Assembly: GCA_026126105.1 (NCBI GenBank)
Contig: JAHCJV010000005.1
Span: 46,418-110,417, forward strand
Source: Enhydrobacter sp.
Lineage (GTDB): Bacteria; Pseudomonadota; Alphaproteobacteria; Reyranellales; Reyranellaceae
DNA length: 64,000 nt
Reading direction: 5' to 3'
Below, in pieces: positions 36,989 through 45,822 of the stretch. The position numbers and the translations under genes were made by a program. The notes under the pieces are model-generated. The model ran no database searches. It worked only from the letters and a program-made list of their open reading frames with translations, and was not told the origin of the DNA. Position 1 is the first letter of the stretch. Every line of letters starts with the position of its first letter.

Positions 36989-37783
36989 TCAGGACTCCAA
37001 CAGGAAGGCCGTCATTACACGACGAAATTCGGCCCCATGCACGTTCGGATAAAAGTGGCCGCCGTCCGGCAGGATGTAGGAGCGGGCATTAGGAATCAGC
37101 CGGACCAGCTCTTCGGTGAAATAGAGCGGCGTGACCATGTCGTCGCGCGCACAGATTGCCAAGGTGGGCGACTTGACCGTCTGCAGCTGGTCGCGCCGGT
37201 CGTGCGCCACGATAGCCGCAATCCGCGACAGGACGATCTCGGGAATCGGTATGGTTTCGTTCGCCTTCGCTTCAGCCACCGCGAGATCGGCGTCGTGGTC
37301 TCGCACCCACCAGGGCGAATTGAGCGCCAGCGCGCTCGACTTCTGGTAGGCCACAGGCCCCAGTTCCTTAAGCATCAGCGCCCGCGTCTCGAACAGGCGC
37401 CGGAAGAAGGCGTCGGTCTTCGCCCAGGTGGCGCTCAGCACCAGACGGTCGATCCGCTCGGGATGCTCGATCGCCAGCACCTGCCCCATCGCGCCGCCGG
37501 TGGAATGGCCGCACCAGTGGACCTTCTCGAAGCCCAGCGCATCGACCAGCTGCAGCGCGTCGTCGGCCATCTGAGCGACGCTGTAGTCGATTCGCGACAG
37601 CGTGCTGCGACCGGTACCGCGATGATCGTGCACGATGACGGTAAACTGCTCAGCGAGCTTCGCCACATTCTCGCCCCACCAACGGCTGTCACCGCCCAAA
37701 CCGGGCACGAGCAGCAAGGGAGATCCGGTCCCGTGCCGCTCGTAGTAAAGTTCCGCGCCATCGCGCAATTTGACGTGTGGCAT
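36989..37783 (-). CDS. Alpha/beta hydrolase, RutD-like
   Basis: PGLGG, HDHRGTGRS, GHSTGG, ARDDMVTP, GGHF. Confidence 0.85.
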   Translation of the reverse strand: MPHVKLRDGAELYYERHGTGSPLLLVPGLGGDSRWWGENVAKLAEQFTVIVHDHRGTGRSTLSRIDYSVAQMADDALQLVDALGFEKVHWCGHSTGGAMGQVLAIEHPERIDRLVLSATWAKTDAFFRRLFETRALMLKELGPVAYQKSSALALNSPWWVRDHDADLAVAEAKANETIPIPEIVLSRIAAIVAHDRRDQLQTVKSPTLAICARDDMVTPLYFTEELVRLIPNARSYILPDGGHFYPNVHGAEFRRVMTAFLLES

Positions 37784-37856
37784 TTGTTGCGTTGCTCCCT
37801 CGCGCGCGCCAGATAAGCTCGCGTTCCTGAAGTTCGTCGAGGGAGGAAACCGCAGG

Positions 37857-38216
37857 ATGCGTCGCTTGTCGATTGCCGCTTTCGCGCTGGCCACGTCTCT
37901 CGGAGGCTGCGCACAGGGCCCCGCCGTGCCTTGGACGCCGATAGCACGGCCATCGCCCGAGGATCCGACGCCCATGGGCATTGCCTATGTCTGCGAGGGT
38001 CGCAAGGAGGTGGGAGTCGTCTATGCCAAGAACCGCGCATCGGTGACCTTGGACAACAAGACCTGGCGCGCCGAATACCAGCCGACCGGCGACGGTTTCC
38101 GCTATGCCGATTCCACGATCGAATGGACGGGCCGCGACGATCTCGCCGTCCTGCGTCAGAACGGCATTGCAAAGCCGCTGGCGTTCAATTGCCGCCCCAG
38201 TCGGCGGACTACCTGA
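37857..38216 (+). CDS. MliC-like lipoprotein
   Basis: Lipobox LGGC, YVCEG, GFRY..EWTGRDDLAVL. Confidence 0.6.
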   Translation: MRRLSIAAFALATSLGGCAQGPAVPWTPIARPSPEDPTPMGIAYVCEGRKEVGVVYAKNRASVTLDNKTWRAEYQPTGDGFRYADSTIEWTGRDDLAVLRQNGIAKPLAFNCRPSRRTT

Positions 38217-38310
38217 GCCAGAGCTTGATCGCGTAGCCGACGACCGCCGTCACCCCGACGCCGCCCGCCCAGAGCGCGACGAACCATAGCCACTGCCGCG
38301 GCGCCGGCAT
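38209..38310 (-). CDS. DUF2474-family small membrane protein (33 aa) after cydB
   Basis: MPAPRQWLWFVALWAGGVGVTAVVGYAIKLWLR; ATG overlaps the cydB stop; below the ORF-track size cutoff. Confidence 0.75.
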   Translation of the reverse strand: MPAPRQWLWFVALWAGGVGVTAVVGYAIKLWLR

Positions 38311-39311
38311 CAGTGATAGCCCTCGTGACCGGTCTTGCCGCGGAACACCCAGTAGGCATAGCCGGTATAGACCAGGATTATCGGCACCATGACCGCGGCC
38401 CCCACCAGCATGAAGCCCAGGCTCTTGGCTGGCGCGGCGGCATCCCAAATGGTGATCGCGCGCGGCACGACATAGGGGTAGAGGCTGATGCCGAGACCGA
38501 TGAGGCCGAGTGCAAACAGCCCGAGCGCAATCAGGAACGGCAGGTAGCTGTGCTTGCGGCGCAGCGCGAAGAAGAAGCCGACCGAGGCCGCGGCCACCAG
38601 CAGCGGCACCTGCGCCGTGAATAGCACCTGCGGCCAGGCGAACCAGCGCAGATAGTAGTCGTTGGCGAGGAACGGCGTCCACGCGCTGACTGCCGCCATA
38701 CCGACGATGGTCGCGACGGCAAAGCGCAGCGCCAGCCGATAGCAATGATCGAGCAGAGAACCCTCGCTCTTCATGATCAGCCACGTGGCACCGAGCAGCG
38801 CATAGCCGCAGACCAGCGCCACACCGACCAGCAGGCTGAACGGCGACAGCCAATCCCACCATCCTCCGGAATAGGCTCGGGCGTCCACCGAGATGCCCTG
38901 CAGCAGGCCGCCGAGAGTGATGCCCTGAGCGAAAGCAGCCACGAGGGACCCGAAGGTGAAGGCGGCGTCCCAATACTTGCGATGGCCCGGATCGCGCCAG
39001 CGGAACTCGAAGGCGACGCCCCGAAAGATCAACGCCAGCAGCATGGCGATGATCGGCGTGTAGAGCGCCGAGAGGATCACGCCATAGGCCATCGGGAACG
39101 CCGCCATCAGGCCGCCGCCGCCCAGCACCAGCCAGGTCTCGTTGCCATCCCACACCGGCGCGATCGAGTTCATCGCGGCGTCGCGCTCGCGGCCTTCGGC
39201 GAAGGCCGGGAACAGGATGCCGATGCCGAGATCGAAGCCATCCATCACGACATAAGCGAAGATCGCGAAGGCGATGATGAAAGCCCAGATGGTGGGCAGG
39301 TCGAAGGCCAT
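38310..39311 (-). CDS. cydB: Cytochrome bd(-like) ubiquinol oxidase subunit II
   Basis: MDGFDLGIGIL, APVWDGNETWLV, FRGVAFEFR; start 39311 or 39317. Confidence 0.95.
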   Translation of the reverse strand: MAFDLPTIWAFIIAFAIFAYVVMDGFDLGIGILFPAFAEGRERDAAMNSIAPVWDGNETWLVLGGGGLMAAFPMAYGVILSALYTPIIAMLLALIFRGVAFEFRWRDPGHRKYWDAAFTFGSLVAAFAQGITLGGLLQGISVDARAYSGGWWDWLSPFSLLVGVALVCGYALLGATWLIMKSEGSLLDHCYRLALRFAVATIVGMAAVSAWTPFLANDYYLRWFAWPQVLFTAQVPLLVAAASVGFFFALRRKHSYLPFLIALGLFALGLIGLGISLYPYVVPRAITIWDAAAPAKSLGFMLVGAAVMVPIILVYTGYAYWVFRGKTGHEGYH

Positions 39312-39318
39312 CGGCATG

Positions 39319-40728
39319 TCAGACCTTCCCTTGCCTGGCCGCGACGGCGGGAGCCGGCGTGATGCCGGCGGCGCGCGCCGGCACGTCGCCGTGCGGACCT
39401 TCCTCGTCGTGACGCGGCGGCTGGCTCATCAGCCGCAGGATGTAGTGGACGCCCGCGCCGAACACGATGAAATAGACGCAGATGAACGCCAGGAGCGACG
39501 TGGCGACTGCCGGCGCCTCCAGAGGCGACACCGAGTCGGCCGTGCGCAGCAAACCATGGACCGTGTAAGGCTGGCGGCCGACTTCCGTCGTCACCCAGCC
39601 CGCGATCACGGCGACGAAGCCGGCCGGCCCCATCGCGAGCGCCAGACGATGCAGCCACGGCCAGTCGTATAACGCACCGCGTACCCGGGCGAGCAGGCTG
39701 ACGCCGGCGAGCAGCAACATCAGCAGGCCCAGTCCGACCATGATCCGAAACGCCCAGAAGACGATCGGCACAGGCGGCCACTCGCTCCGCTCGACAGTGT
39801 CCAGCCCCGCAAGAGGGGCGTCGAGAGAATGCTTGAGAATCAGTGACGATAGCTTCGGGATCGAGACGTCGTACAGGACCTTGCCTTCCTTCATGTCCGG
39901 CCAGCCGAACAGGACCAGCGGCGCGCCGTCGGAATGGCTCTGGAAATGGCCCTCCATCGCCATGACCTTGACCGGCTGATGCTCGAGCGTATTCAGGCCC
40001 TGCTGGTCGCCGGCCAGGATCTGAATCGGCGCGACAACGGTGATCATACCCATGGCCATCGAGAACATCACCCGCGTGCCATCGGTCTTGCGGCCGGCGA
40101 GCAGATGCCAGGCGCCCACGCCGCCCACCACCAAAGCGGTAGTCAGGTAGGCGGCCAGCACTGTATGCACGAGGCGATAAGGAAAGGACGGATTGAAGAT
40201 CACCTCGATCCAGTCGACCGGCACGAACTGGCCGTTGGCGGCGATCGCATGACCGGCCGGCGTATGCATCCAGCTGTTGGCTGACAGGATCCAGAAGGCG
40301 GAGATGAAGGTTCCCACCGCAACAGCAAGCGTGGCGGTGAAGTGAAGCGACTTGCCAACCCTGTTCATGCCGAACAGCATCACGCCAAGGAAGCCGGCTT
40401 CGAGGAAGAAGGCAGTCAGCACCTCGTAGGCCATGAGCGGACCGATCACCGGGCCGACCTTGTCGGAGAAGACAGACCAGTTGGTGCCGAACTGGTAGGA
40501 CATGACGATGCCCGATACCACGCCCATGCCGAAGGCGAGCGCGAAGATTTTGAGCCAGTACTTGAACAGGTCGAGATAGACCGCGCGTCCCGTCCACAGC
40601 CACAGCGCCTCGAGCACGGCGAGATAACTCGCCAGGCCGATCGAGAACGACGGAAAGATGAAATGAAACGAGACGGTGAAGGCGAACTGCAGCCGCGCCA
40701 GCAGTGTTGCGTCGAAAGCGTCGAACAT
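39319..40728 (-). CDS. cydA: Cytochrome bd(-like) ubiquinol oxidase subunit I (short Q-loop, CioA-like)
   Basis: ARLQFAFTVSFHFIFP, YQFGTNW, FFLEAGF, KVMAMEG, GWVTTEVGRQP. Confidence 0.95.
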   Translation of the reverse strand: MFDAFDATLLARLQFAFTVSFHFIFPSFSIGLASYLAVLEALWLWTGRAVYLDLFKYWLKIFALAFGMGVVSGIVMSYQFGTNWSVFSDKVGPVIGPLMAYEVLTAFFLEAGFLGVMLFGMNRVGKSLHFTATLAVAVGTFISAFWILSANSWMHTPAGHAIAANGQFVPVDWIEVIFNPSFPYRLVHTVLAAYLTTALVVGGVGAWHLLAGRKTDGTRVMFSMAMGMITVVAPIQILAGDQQGLNTLEHQPVKVMAMEGHFQSHSDGAPLVLFGWPDMKEGKVLYDVSIPKLSSLILKHSLDAPLAGLDTVERSEWPPVPIVFWAFRIMVGLGLLMLLLAGVSLLARVRGALYDWPWLHRLALAMGPAGFVAVIAGWVTTEVGRQPYTVHGLLRTADSVSPLEAPAVATSLLAFICVYFIVFGAGVHYILRLMSQPPRHDEEGPHGDVPARAAGITPAPAVAARQGKV

Positions 40729-40741
40729 GGCGTCCCCCGTC

Positions 40742-42118
40742 TCAGACGATACGTGACACCGAGCCCGGAGACTTCAATGCGACACTTAGCACATCGAGTG
40801 CCCCCGCGAGATCGGCCCTGCTGCGTGCGGCGCCGAGGGCGATGCGGATGGCATGCTCGGGCGCGTCGTCCACAGTGAAGCTGTCGCTGGTTACGACAGC
40901 AAGTCCCTGCCTTTGCACATGGGCGGCGAACTCGAGGCGGCTCCAGGCCGATGGCAGGCGCAGCCAGAGGTGATGGCCTCGGGGGTGCGCGGCGTAGTCC
41001 TGTCCGATCAGCGCCTTGGCTGCGATCTTCTGGCGCGCTGCCGCCTCCGCTGTAATGGCTGCGATCACTGCGTCGGCGCTGCCATCGGCCAGCCAGCGCA
41101 GAGTGAGTGCCACCATCAGCGGTACAGGCATCTGTACGACTGTCCGAAGCGCGTTGGCCAGCAGCGCCGCCGCGGCGCGATCGGGCGTCACCATGAACGA
41201 GACGCGCAGTCCGGGGGCGATGCACTTCGACAGGGTCGTGGCATGATAGCTGCGCTCCGGAACGAGCGTTGCGACAGGCGCGAGGCGGGTATCGAACGCG
41301 CCATAAGCGTCGTCCTCGAACAGCAGGATGTCACATTTGCGGATGACCGCCGCGAGTTGCTCGCGCCGGTTCGGCAGCAGAGTCACGGTCGTCGGGTTGT
41401 GAATTGTCGACACGAGATACACGGCTTTGGGCTTGTGGCGTTTGCACGCTTCCTCAAGGGCCGCGGGAAGCATTCCGGCTCCGTCCGACTCGACGCCGAT
41501 GAGCCGAACGCCCGCAGCCGCCGCAGCCGCCTTGAAGCCGGGATAGGTCAGCCGATCCGTCAGCACCGTGTCGCCCGGCTTCGTGAGCGACAGCAGCAGT
41601 GCCATCAGTGCGGTCTGCGTGCCGGGGAAAATCAGCAGCCGGTCCGGTGCAGCCGTCCGTACGCGCTTGCGCAGCCAGTCCGCCGCGATGCCGCGATCGG
41701 CCTCGCTGCCGCCGGCCTGCTGGTAGCTCATGAAACCGGTCAAACCGTAGTCGCGCCGCAATCCGTCGAGCCCTCGTGCGATGCGGCCTTCGAGGTCGGC
41801 CTCGACCGGCTCGGGTGGAAGGTTCATCGACAGGTCGAAATCGATGCCGGCTGCGGCCGCGCGCGGCGCGCGCGCGAGGCTCTCGGCGACGAAGGTACCT
41901 TGCCCGACCCGCGCCTCGGTCAGACCGCGACGGCGCGCCTCGCTGTACGCGCGGGTAACGGTGGTGAGATCGACACCCAGCGCCCTGGCGAGAGCACGAT
42001 GGGTCGGCAGCCGTTCGCCGCGATGCAGGCGACCCGAGGCCACATCCGCGCTGAGCGCCTCCACGATAGCTTCATAGATCGGAACGGGTCGGTCGCCGAG
42101 TGTCGGGAGCCAATCCAT
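40742..42118 (-). CDS. MocR/GabR-family PLP-dependent transcriptional regulator
   Basis: wHTH RLPTHRALARALGVDLTTVTRAY..GQGTFV plus aminotransferase domain with LSKCIAPGLR. Confidence 0.92.
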   Translation of the reverse strand: MDWLPTLGDRPVPIYEAIVEALSADVASGRLHRGERLPTHRALARALGVDLTTVTRAYSEARRRGLTEARVGQGTFVAESLARAPRAAAAGIDFDLSMNLPPEPVEADLEGRIARGLDGLRRDYGLTGFMSYQQAGGSEADRGIAADWLRKRVRTAAPDRLLIFPGTQTALMALLLSLTKPGDTVLTDRLTYPGFKAAAAAAGVRLIGVESDGAGMLPAALEEACKRHKPKAVYLVSTIHNPTTVTLLPNRREQLAAVIRKCDILLFEDDAYGAFDTRLAPVATLVPERSYHATTLSKCIAPGLRVSFMVTPDRAAAALLANALRTVVQMPVPLMVALTLRWLADGSADAVIAAITAEAAARQKIAAKALIGQDYAAHPRGHHLWLRLPSAWSRLEFAAHVQRQGLAVVTSDSFTVDDAPEHAIRIALGAARSRADLAGALDVLSVALKSPGSVSRIV

Positions 42119-42169
42119 ACAATCCTCACTCGTCGATCTTGATCGTAGGGCAAAGTGTACGGATATACA
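42113..42169. promoter_or_regulatory. Candidate MocR operator in the MocR/DUF983 divergent region
   Basis: ATCCATACA (42113-42121) and TGTACGGAT (42156-42164) form an 8/9 inverted repeat; TGTA-N6-TACA at 42156-42169. Confidence 0.4.
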
Positions 42170-42191
42170 AACCGACCCGATGGAGGCTTTC

Positions 42192-42566
42192 ATGAACGGC
42201 CCTGCAAAATTCCTGCTACGCGGACTTGCTGGCCGGTGCCCGGCCTGCGGCGACGGCCATCTGTTCCGAGCCTTCCTGAAGGTCGAGGATCATTGCGAAC
42301 GGTGCGGCGAGCCATTCCGCCACCATCGCGCCGACGACCTGCCCGCCTACTTGGTGATTTTCCTCGTCGGGCACATCGTCGTGCCGATCGCCATGTGGAT
42401 CGAGATCGCCTACAGCCCGGAATACTGGCTGCAAGCCGTTATCGGACTACCGCTCATCGCCGGCCTCGCGCTCGGACTGCTTCAGCCGCTGAAGGGCGCG
42501 GTCGTCGCCCTGCAATGGCATATGGGCATGCACGGCTTCGCCGAGTCCAAACTCGCCCGCTCCTAG
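42192..42566 (+). CDS. DUF983-family membrane protein
   Basis: GRCPACGDGHLF..LKV..CERCG..ADDLPAY..LQPLKGAVVALQW; RBS GGAGG supports the 42192 start. Confidence 0.85.
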   Translation: MNGPAKFLLRGLAGRCPACGDGHLFRAFLKVEDHCERCGEPFRHHRADDLPAYLVIFLVGHIVVPIAMWIEIAYSPEYWLQAVIGLPLIAGLALGLLQPLKGAVVALQWHMGMHGFAESKLARS

Positions 42567-43579
42567 CCGAAGGCGTCGAATAGTTCCGCGATCGTCGCGC
42601 GATCGAGGCCGGCGCGCAGACAGGTTTCCAGCAGCACACGCGCTTTCAACGGATGGAGCCGGCCGCCCCAGATCAGGCCGGCCTCGCGCAGGGCTATTTC
42701 CGAGCTTGACCCGCCGTAGGTCTTGCGCAGCATCGGTCCGCCGCCGGCGCGCGGCGACACGACAGTCGGCATCGCCTTGGCGAGGCCGATGACGTTCTCG
42801 GTCGCGCGCTCCGGCGTATGGCCGCCGCCCATTGCCGCGATCACCGCGCCGCGAAAGCCCAGACGGTCCGGCGCCGCAAGCATAAACGGCATGAGCGCAG
42901 CGTCGTCGTCGAGCGACATCCAGAACAGCGCGACCGGCGCGGCCTTGCCGCTCACACCGGCGAGCTTCGAACGCGCGGCGACGACGGCATTGCGCACCGG
43001 CAGCGCGAACGGCACGACGCGATCTTCGACCAGTGCCGCAAGCGGACCGGTCTGGGTCGAAGCGAAGGCATTGAGGCGAGTCGGGTGGACCTTGAGGACG
43101 TCGGATGCGGCGTAGACCTCGTCCAACATTACCGCGACGACGCCGAGAGCCTTCGCGTTCTTGCGCACCCAATCATCGGTGGCAACTCTGACGGCGGCGA
43201 GCAGGTTTCCCGGCCCGTCGGGCGAGGTCAGTGCGGGATTGCGCATCGCTGCTGTCACAATCACAGGAATCTCCAGATCGAGCAGCAGGTCGAGCAGGAA
43301 ACTCGTCTCCTCCATCGTGTCGGTGCCCTGCGTCACGACGACGCCATCGGCCTTCACGTCGCGAATCCTGGTCGCGAGTGCGTGGATCTGATCGAACGAC
43401 AGCGAATGGCTGCCGACCCGCGAGACGGTTTCGGCGCCGATCTCGGCGATCTCCTTCAGCACCGGGACGGCGGCGACGAGGTCGTCGGCGCCCAACCCCA
43501 TCTGCATGGCACCGGTTGAATCCGGACGCGTGGCGATGGTGCCCCCGAGGGCAAGAACATGGATACGCGGTTTGCTCAT
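42563..43579 (-). CDS. Asparaginase
   Basis: LGGTIA, QGTDTMEE, SPDGPGNL. Confidence 0.92.
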   Translation of the reverse strand: MSKPRIHVLALGGTIATRPDSTGAMQMGLGADDLVAAVPVLKEIAEIGAETVSRVGSHSLSFDQIHALATRIRDVKADGVVVTQGTDTMEETSFLLDLLLDLEIPVIVTAAMRNPALTSPDGPGNLLAAVRVATDDWVRKNAKALGVVAVMLDEVYAASDVLKVHPTRLNAFASTQTGPLAALVEDRVVPFALPVRNAVVAARSKLAGVSGKAAPVALFWMSLDDDAALMPFMLAAPDRLGFRGAVIAAMGGGHTPERATENVIGLAKAMPTVVSPRAGGGPMLRKTYGGSSSEIALREAGLIWGGRLHPLKARVLLETCLRAGLDRATIAELFDAFG

Positions 43580-44112
43580 GGCGTCAGCTTCAGGGATCGG
43601 AAAAAACGGTTGGCGTCAGGACCGTCGACGCCGGGGCCCAGGAAGGCAAGGGATACGAAGCGGCGCCCCTTCAGGAGCGAGAGCAGACGCAACATCGCGC
43701 CGGCCTGCACTGCGCCGATCGACTCGACCGAGGCGCCGGCAGGGACGTCGCGCCACTCTGTGCGATCCCATCTGCGGCCGGCGAGCTGAGACGCCCGGCC
43801 GTCGAGCGCTGCCTGTAAGACTCGGCGCGGCTGGGTAACGTCGACATCGGCCGGATAGAGCGCAGTCTGGGCGGCATAGGAGAAGCCACCGCTTTCGAGA
43901 CTGTAGGAATGCAACGTGAAAGGCGTGCCACGAGCGGAAACATCGTTGATGACCCGATGGTCCGGTATGCCCGGCATCTCGACAGTGAAGGCGTTGTCCT
44001 CGACTAGCACCGCGTACCACTTGGCCGGGATATCGAGCTTCCTCTGCGCATAGACGGTTGAAGGCGCCACGATGGCCGCCGCGCCGAGGATGAAGCGGCG
44101 CGTGCAGGTCAT
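43576..44112 (-). CDS. Exported hypothetical protein
   Basis: RRFIL leader, FTVEMPG, GRRFVSLAFLG..RFFRSL; ATGA overlap with the upstream gene. Confidence 0.7.
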   Translation of the reverse strand: MTCTRRFILGAAAIVAPSTVYAQRKLDIPAKWYAVLVEDNAFTVEMPGIPDHRVINDVSARGTPFTLHSYSLESGGFSYAAQTALYPADVDVTQPRRVLQAALDGRASQLAGRRWDRTEWRDVPAGASVESIGAVQAGAMLRLLSLLKGRRFVSLAFLGPGVDGPDANRFFRSLKLTP

Positions 44113-45809
44113 GAGCGGACGCCGAACCTCTCGCAAACCTCTTCCGGCGTGTAGTAGCCGCGGGCGAGATCGCGCGCGACCAGCTCGGGCTTGCGCTTGG
44201 CCGGATCGCCGAAGCCGCCGCCGCCCGGCGTCTGCACGCGCACCACATCGCCAATTCCGATCTCTATGTCCTGGTCCTTGGAGAGGTGAGGTGGCCGATA
44301 GGTCTTGCCACCCTGCGTAACGAGCACAGTGTTGACGCCGCCCGCCTCGCCGCCGAGCGCTCCCTGTGGACCGGTGCGACCGTGATCCATCACCATCGAC
44401 ACCCTTGCCTGGCCGCGACGCAGCTTGATGGCGTAGTTGATGCCGAAGCCGCCGCGGAATTCGCCGGCGCCGCCCGAGCCCTCGCGCAGGGAGAATTCCT
44501 CGAACAGGATCGGATAGAACTGTTCGAGCACTTCGACAGGCGGCATCTTGGAAATGCCGATCGTCGAGCAGCCGTTGGACAGGCCGTCGCCGCCCTGGAA
44601 GCCGCCGTACCCGCCACCGGTGAAGAGATACATGATGTAATTGCGCTGGCGCTCCGGGTCGTAGCCGCCGACACCGAGATTGCCCGACGTGCCCGCAGGT
44701 GCGGCGAACAGCAGGTCGGGAATGGCATGGGTCAGGGCCGCGAATATCGCCTCCGCGATGCGCTGGCTCACTTCGGCCGCGCAACCAGACACTGGTCGCG
44801 GATACCTCGCATACAGGAAGGTGCCCTCGGGCTCGATGATGTGCAGCGGCTCGAAGGTACCGCGATTGATCGGCACGTCCGGGAAGATGTGTTTGATCGC
44901 GAGATAGATCGCCGATTTGGTGGTGGCGATGACGCTGTTCATCGGCCCGCGGCAGGGCGGGCTCGAACCGGCCATGTCGAAGGTCAGGTCCTCGCCTTTC
45001 TTGGTGATCTTCATCCTGATCGTGAGCGGCGCATCGACCACGCCGTCGCTGTCGACCTGCGATGTTCCCTCGTACACGCCATCGGGAATGCCGGCGATCT
45101 TGGCGCGCATCTGGCGCTCGGCGCGGTGGCGCATCTCGGCGATGGCCTGCTTCACCACACCAGCGCCATAGCGGTCGATCAGCATCGTCAGCCGCTGCTC
45201 GCCGGTAACGAGGGCCGCCCCCTGTGCCTTGATGTCGCCGATGCGTTGGTCGGCGATGCGCATGTTGCTCATCAGGATGGCCAATATTTCCTGGTCCAGC
45301 GCGCCCTTCTTCCAGAGCTTGACCGGCGGCAGGCGCAGGCCCTCCTGCTCGACCTCCGTGGCACTGGCCGAGAAGCCGCCCGGCACCATGCCGCCGATAT
45401 CCGGCCAATGACCGGTGTTGGCCAGCCAGGCAAACAGCTCGCCCTTGTAGAAGAACGGCTTCACGAAGCGCACGTCCATCAGATGCGTGCCGCCGAGATA
45501 CGGATCGTTGACGATGAACACGTCGCCCGGATCGACCGTGCCCGCGTAGTGGCTCTTCACCCGGTCGATCACCGCGCCGGTCGAGAACTGCATGGTGCCG
45601 ACGAACACCGGCAGGCCGAGCTCGCCCTGCGCGATCAGCGAGCCGTCGATCGCGTCGTAGATTCCGTCCGAGCGGTCCATGCCCTCCGAGATCACCGGCG
45701 AGAAGGCCGCGCGCACGAAGGCAAGGTCCATCTCGTTGCAGACCTGAATCAGGCCGTTCTGGATGACGGTCAGCGTGACGGGATCGAGGTTCGAGGAGGT
45801 TTCGGACAT
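44109..45809 (-). CDS. Hydantoinase B/5-oxoprolinase family protein
   Basis: RAAFSPVISE, NDPYLGGTHLMD, HWPDIGGMVPG, DSDG, TPGGGGFG. Confidence 0.92.
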   Translation of the reverse strand: MSETSSNLDPVTLTVIQNGLIQVCNEMDLAFVRAAFSPVISEGMDRSDGIYDAIDGSLIAQGELGLPVFVGTMQFSTGAVIDRVKSHYAGTVDPGDVFIVNDPYLGGTHLMDVRFVKPFFYKGELFAWLANTGHWPDIGGMVPGGFSASATEVEQEGLRLPPVKLWKKGALDQEILAILMSNMRIADQRIGDIKAQGAALVTGEQRLTMLIDRYGAGVVKQAIAEMRHRAERQMRAKIAGIPDGVYEGTSQVDSDGVVDAPLTIRMKITKKGEDLTFDMAGSSPPCRGPMNSVIATTKSAIYLAIKHIFPDVPINRGTFEPLHIIEPEGTFLYARYPRPVSGCAAEVSQRIAEAIFAALTHAIPDLLFAAPAGTSGNLGVGGYDPERQRNYIMYLFTGGGYGGFQGGDGLSNGCSTIGISKMPPVEVLEQFYPILFEEFSLREGSGGAGEFRGGFGINYAIKLRRGQARVSMVMDHGRTGPQGALGGEAGGVNTVLVTQGGKTYRPPHLSKDQDIEIGIGDVVRVQTPGGGGFGDPAKRKPELVARDLARGYYTPEEVCERFGVRS

Positions 45810-45822
45810 GGACCTATGCCTA

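Noticed and set aside
43576-45408. 610-aa ORF suggesting a fusion upstream of the 43576-44112 protein
   Set aside because: The upstream part is an alternative frame of the hydantoinase B gene; an ATGA overlap at 44109-44112 gives the real start
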